NCBI GenBank assembly: GCA_965214935.1
Contig: CBDCCS010000021.1
Coordinates: forward strand, 96,001 to 160,000
Direction of reading: 5' to 3'
Length of the DNA stretch: 64,000 nucleotides
Source: Candidatus Velthaea sp.
GTDB lineage: Bacteria; Vulcanimicrobiota; Vulcanimicrobiia; Vulcanimicrobiales; Vulcanimicrobiaceae
Positions 63,412 to 64,000 of the stretch are shown piece by piece; position 1 is the stretch's first letter, and the number at the start of each line of letters is the position of its first letter. The position numbers were made by a program, and so were the translations under genes. The notes below the pieces were generated by a model. That model was not told the DNA's origin. It searched no databases and saw nothing but the letters and a program-made list of their open reading frames with translations.

Positions 63412-64000
63412 TTGACACTTCATCTTTTGCCGCGCGAAGCGCTCGTAAAAACCGGCGACGTCGATCATGCGGCGTGGAACTACGATGGTTTGCTCGGCTA
63501 CGTGTCGCGCCAGCGGTTCAACCTCGTGCATTCGCTGCTTCCGAAACGCCGGGTTGCCAAGCTGCTCGAGGTCGGCTACGGCAGCGGCGTCTTCATGCCC
63601 GAACTAGCACGGTCGGCGGACGAGCTGTACGGCGCAGACATCCATGCTCATCCGAGCGAAGTGACCGCAGTCCTGGCCGGCGCCGGCATAACGGCGCAAC
63701 TCGTCACCGCGCCGGCCGAAGACTTGCCCTTCGTAGACGGCACGTTCGACATTGTCGTGGCCGTAAGTACGTTTGAATTCGTTACCGATGCCGGTCGGGC
63801 TATTCGCGAACTCGCCCGCGTGTTGAAGCCCGACGGCCGCATCATCGTCGTTACGCCCGGGCAAAGCCCGTTGCTCGATATCGCCCTGCGCGTGTTCACC
63901 GGCGAATCGGCGGAAGCAGATTTCGGCGATCGGCGCAAGCTTGTCGTGCCCACCGTTACCACCGAATTGCGTCACGAGCGTTCGGCCTATTTCCCGGCGC
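63412..64000 (+). CDS. Class I SAM-dependent methyltransferase, 3'-truncated by window edge
   Basis: GGAG before TTG; LLEVGYGSG, AEDLPF.DGTFDIV, ELARVLKPDG; absent from the ORF track because it has no stop in the window. Confidence 0.88.
   Translation, partial: MTLHLLPREALVKTGDVDHAAWNYDGLLGYVSRQRFNLVHSLLPKRRVAKLLEVGYGSGVFMPELARSADELYGADIHAHPSEVTAVLAGAGITAQLVTAPAEDLPFVDGTFDIVVAVSTFEFVTDAGRAIRELARVLKPDGRIIVVTPGQSPLLDIALRVFTGESAEADFGDRRKLVVPTVTTELRHERSAYFPA

Overview
GC-rich bacterial chromosomal window, mostly housekeeping and metabolic genes: eno, ndk, birA, fabH, acpS, nnr, metB-like, ligA, uvrA, uvrB, prs-rplY-pth, thyX, glmU, gltX and a B12 acyl-CoA mutase locus with meaB. It also has two tRNAs (Glu-TTC and a CAT tRNA resembling Ile2), an RND efflux pair, two amino-acid permeases, a vapBC module, a glf/GT/GH1/GH43 cluster, a GH38 mannosidase and several proteases (S53, M54, S41 tricorn, degenerate M48). 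Gene content is compatible with an acid-soil lineage such as Eremiobacterota/Vulcanimicrobiota (inference only). The best novel-system candidate is the accessory block at 1-6.6 kb, downstream of tRNA-Glu: a membrane transglutaminase-fold protein lacking the catalytic Cys, whose 86-aa C-terminal tail has its own in-frame Shine-Dalgarno/ATG and an Flp-prepilin-like G|xxxxEY motif, convergent with a SUKH/SMI1-like gene and a multidomain OmpA protein. Other notable items: pth has no canonical start codon; a 56-aa ORF with a sigma28-like promoter and a 41-aa ORF between the mutase subunits fall below the ORF-track cutoff; an ArgB-like and an M48-like protein look catalytically dead; two genes are decayed. 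No CRISPR array, rRNA, integrase or transposase was seen. All family calls come from motif recognition by eye, not database searches.
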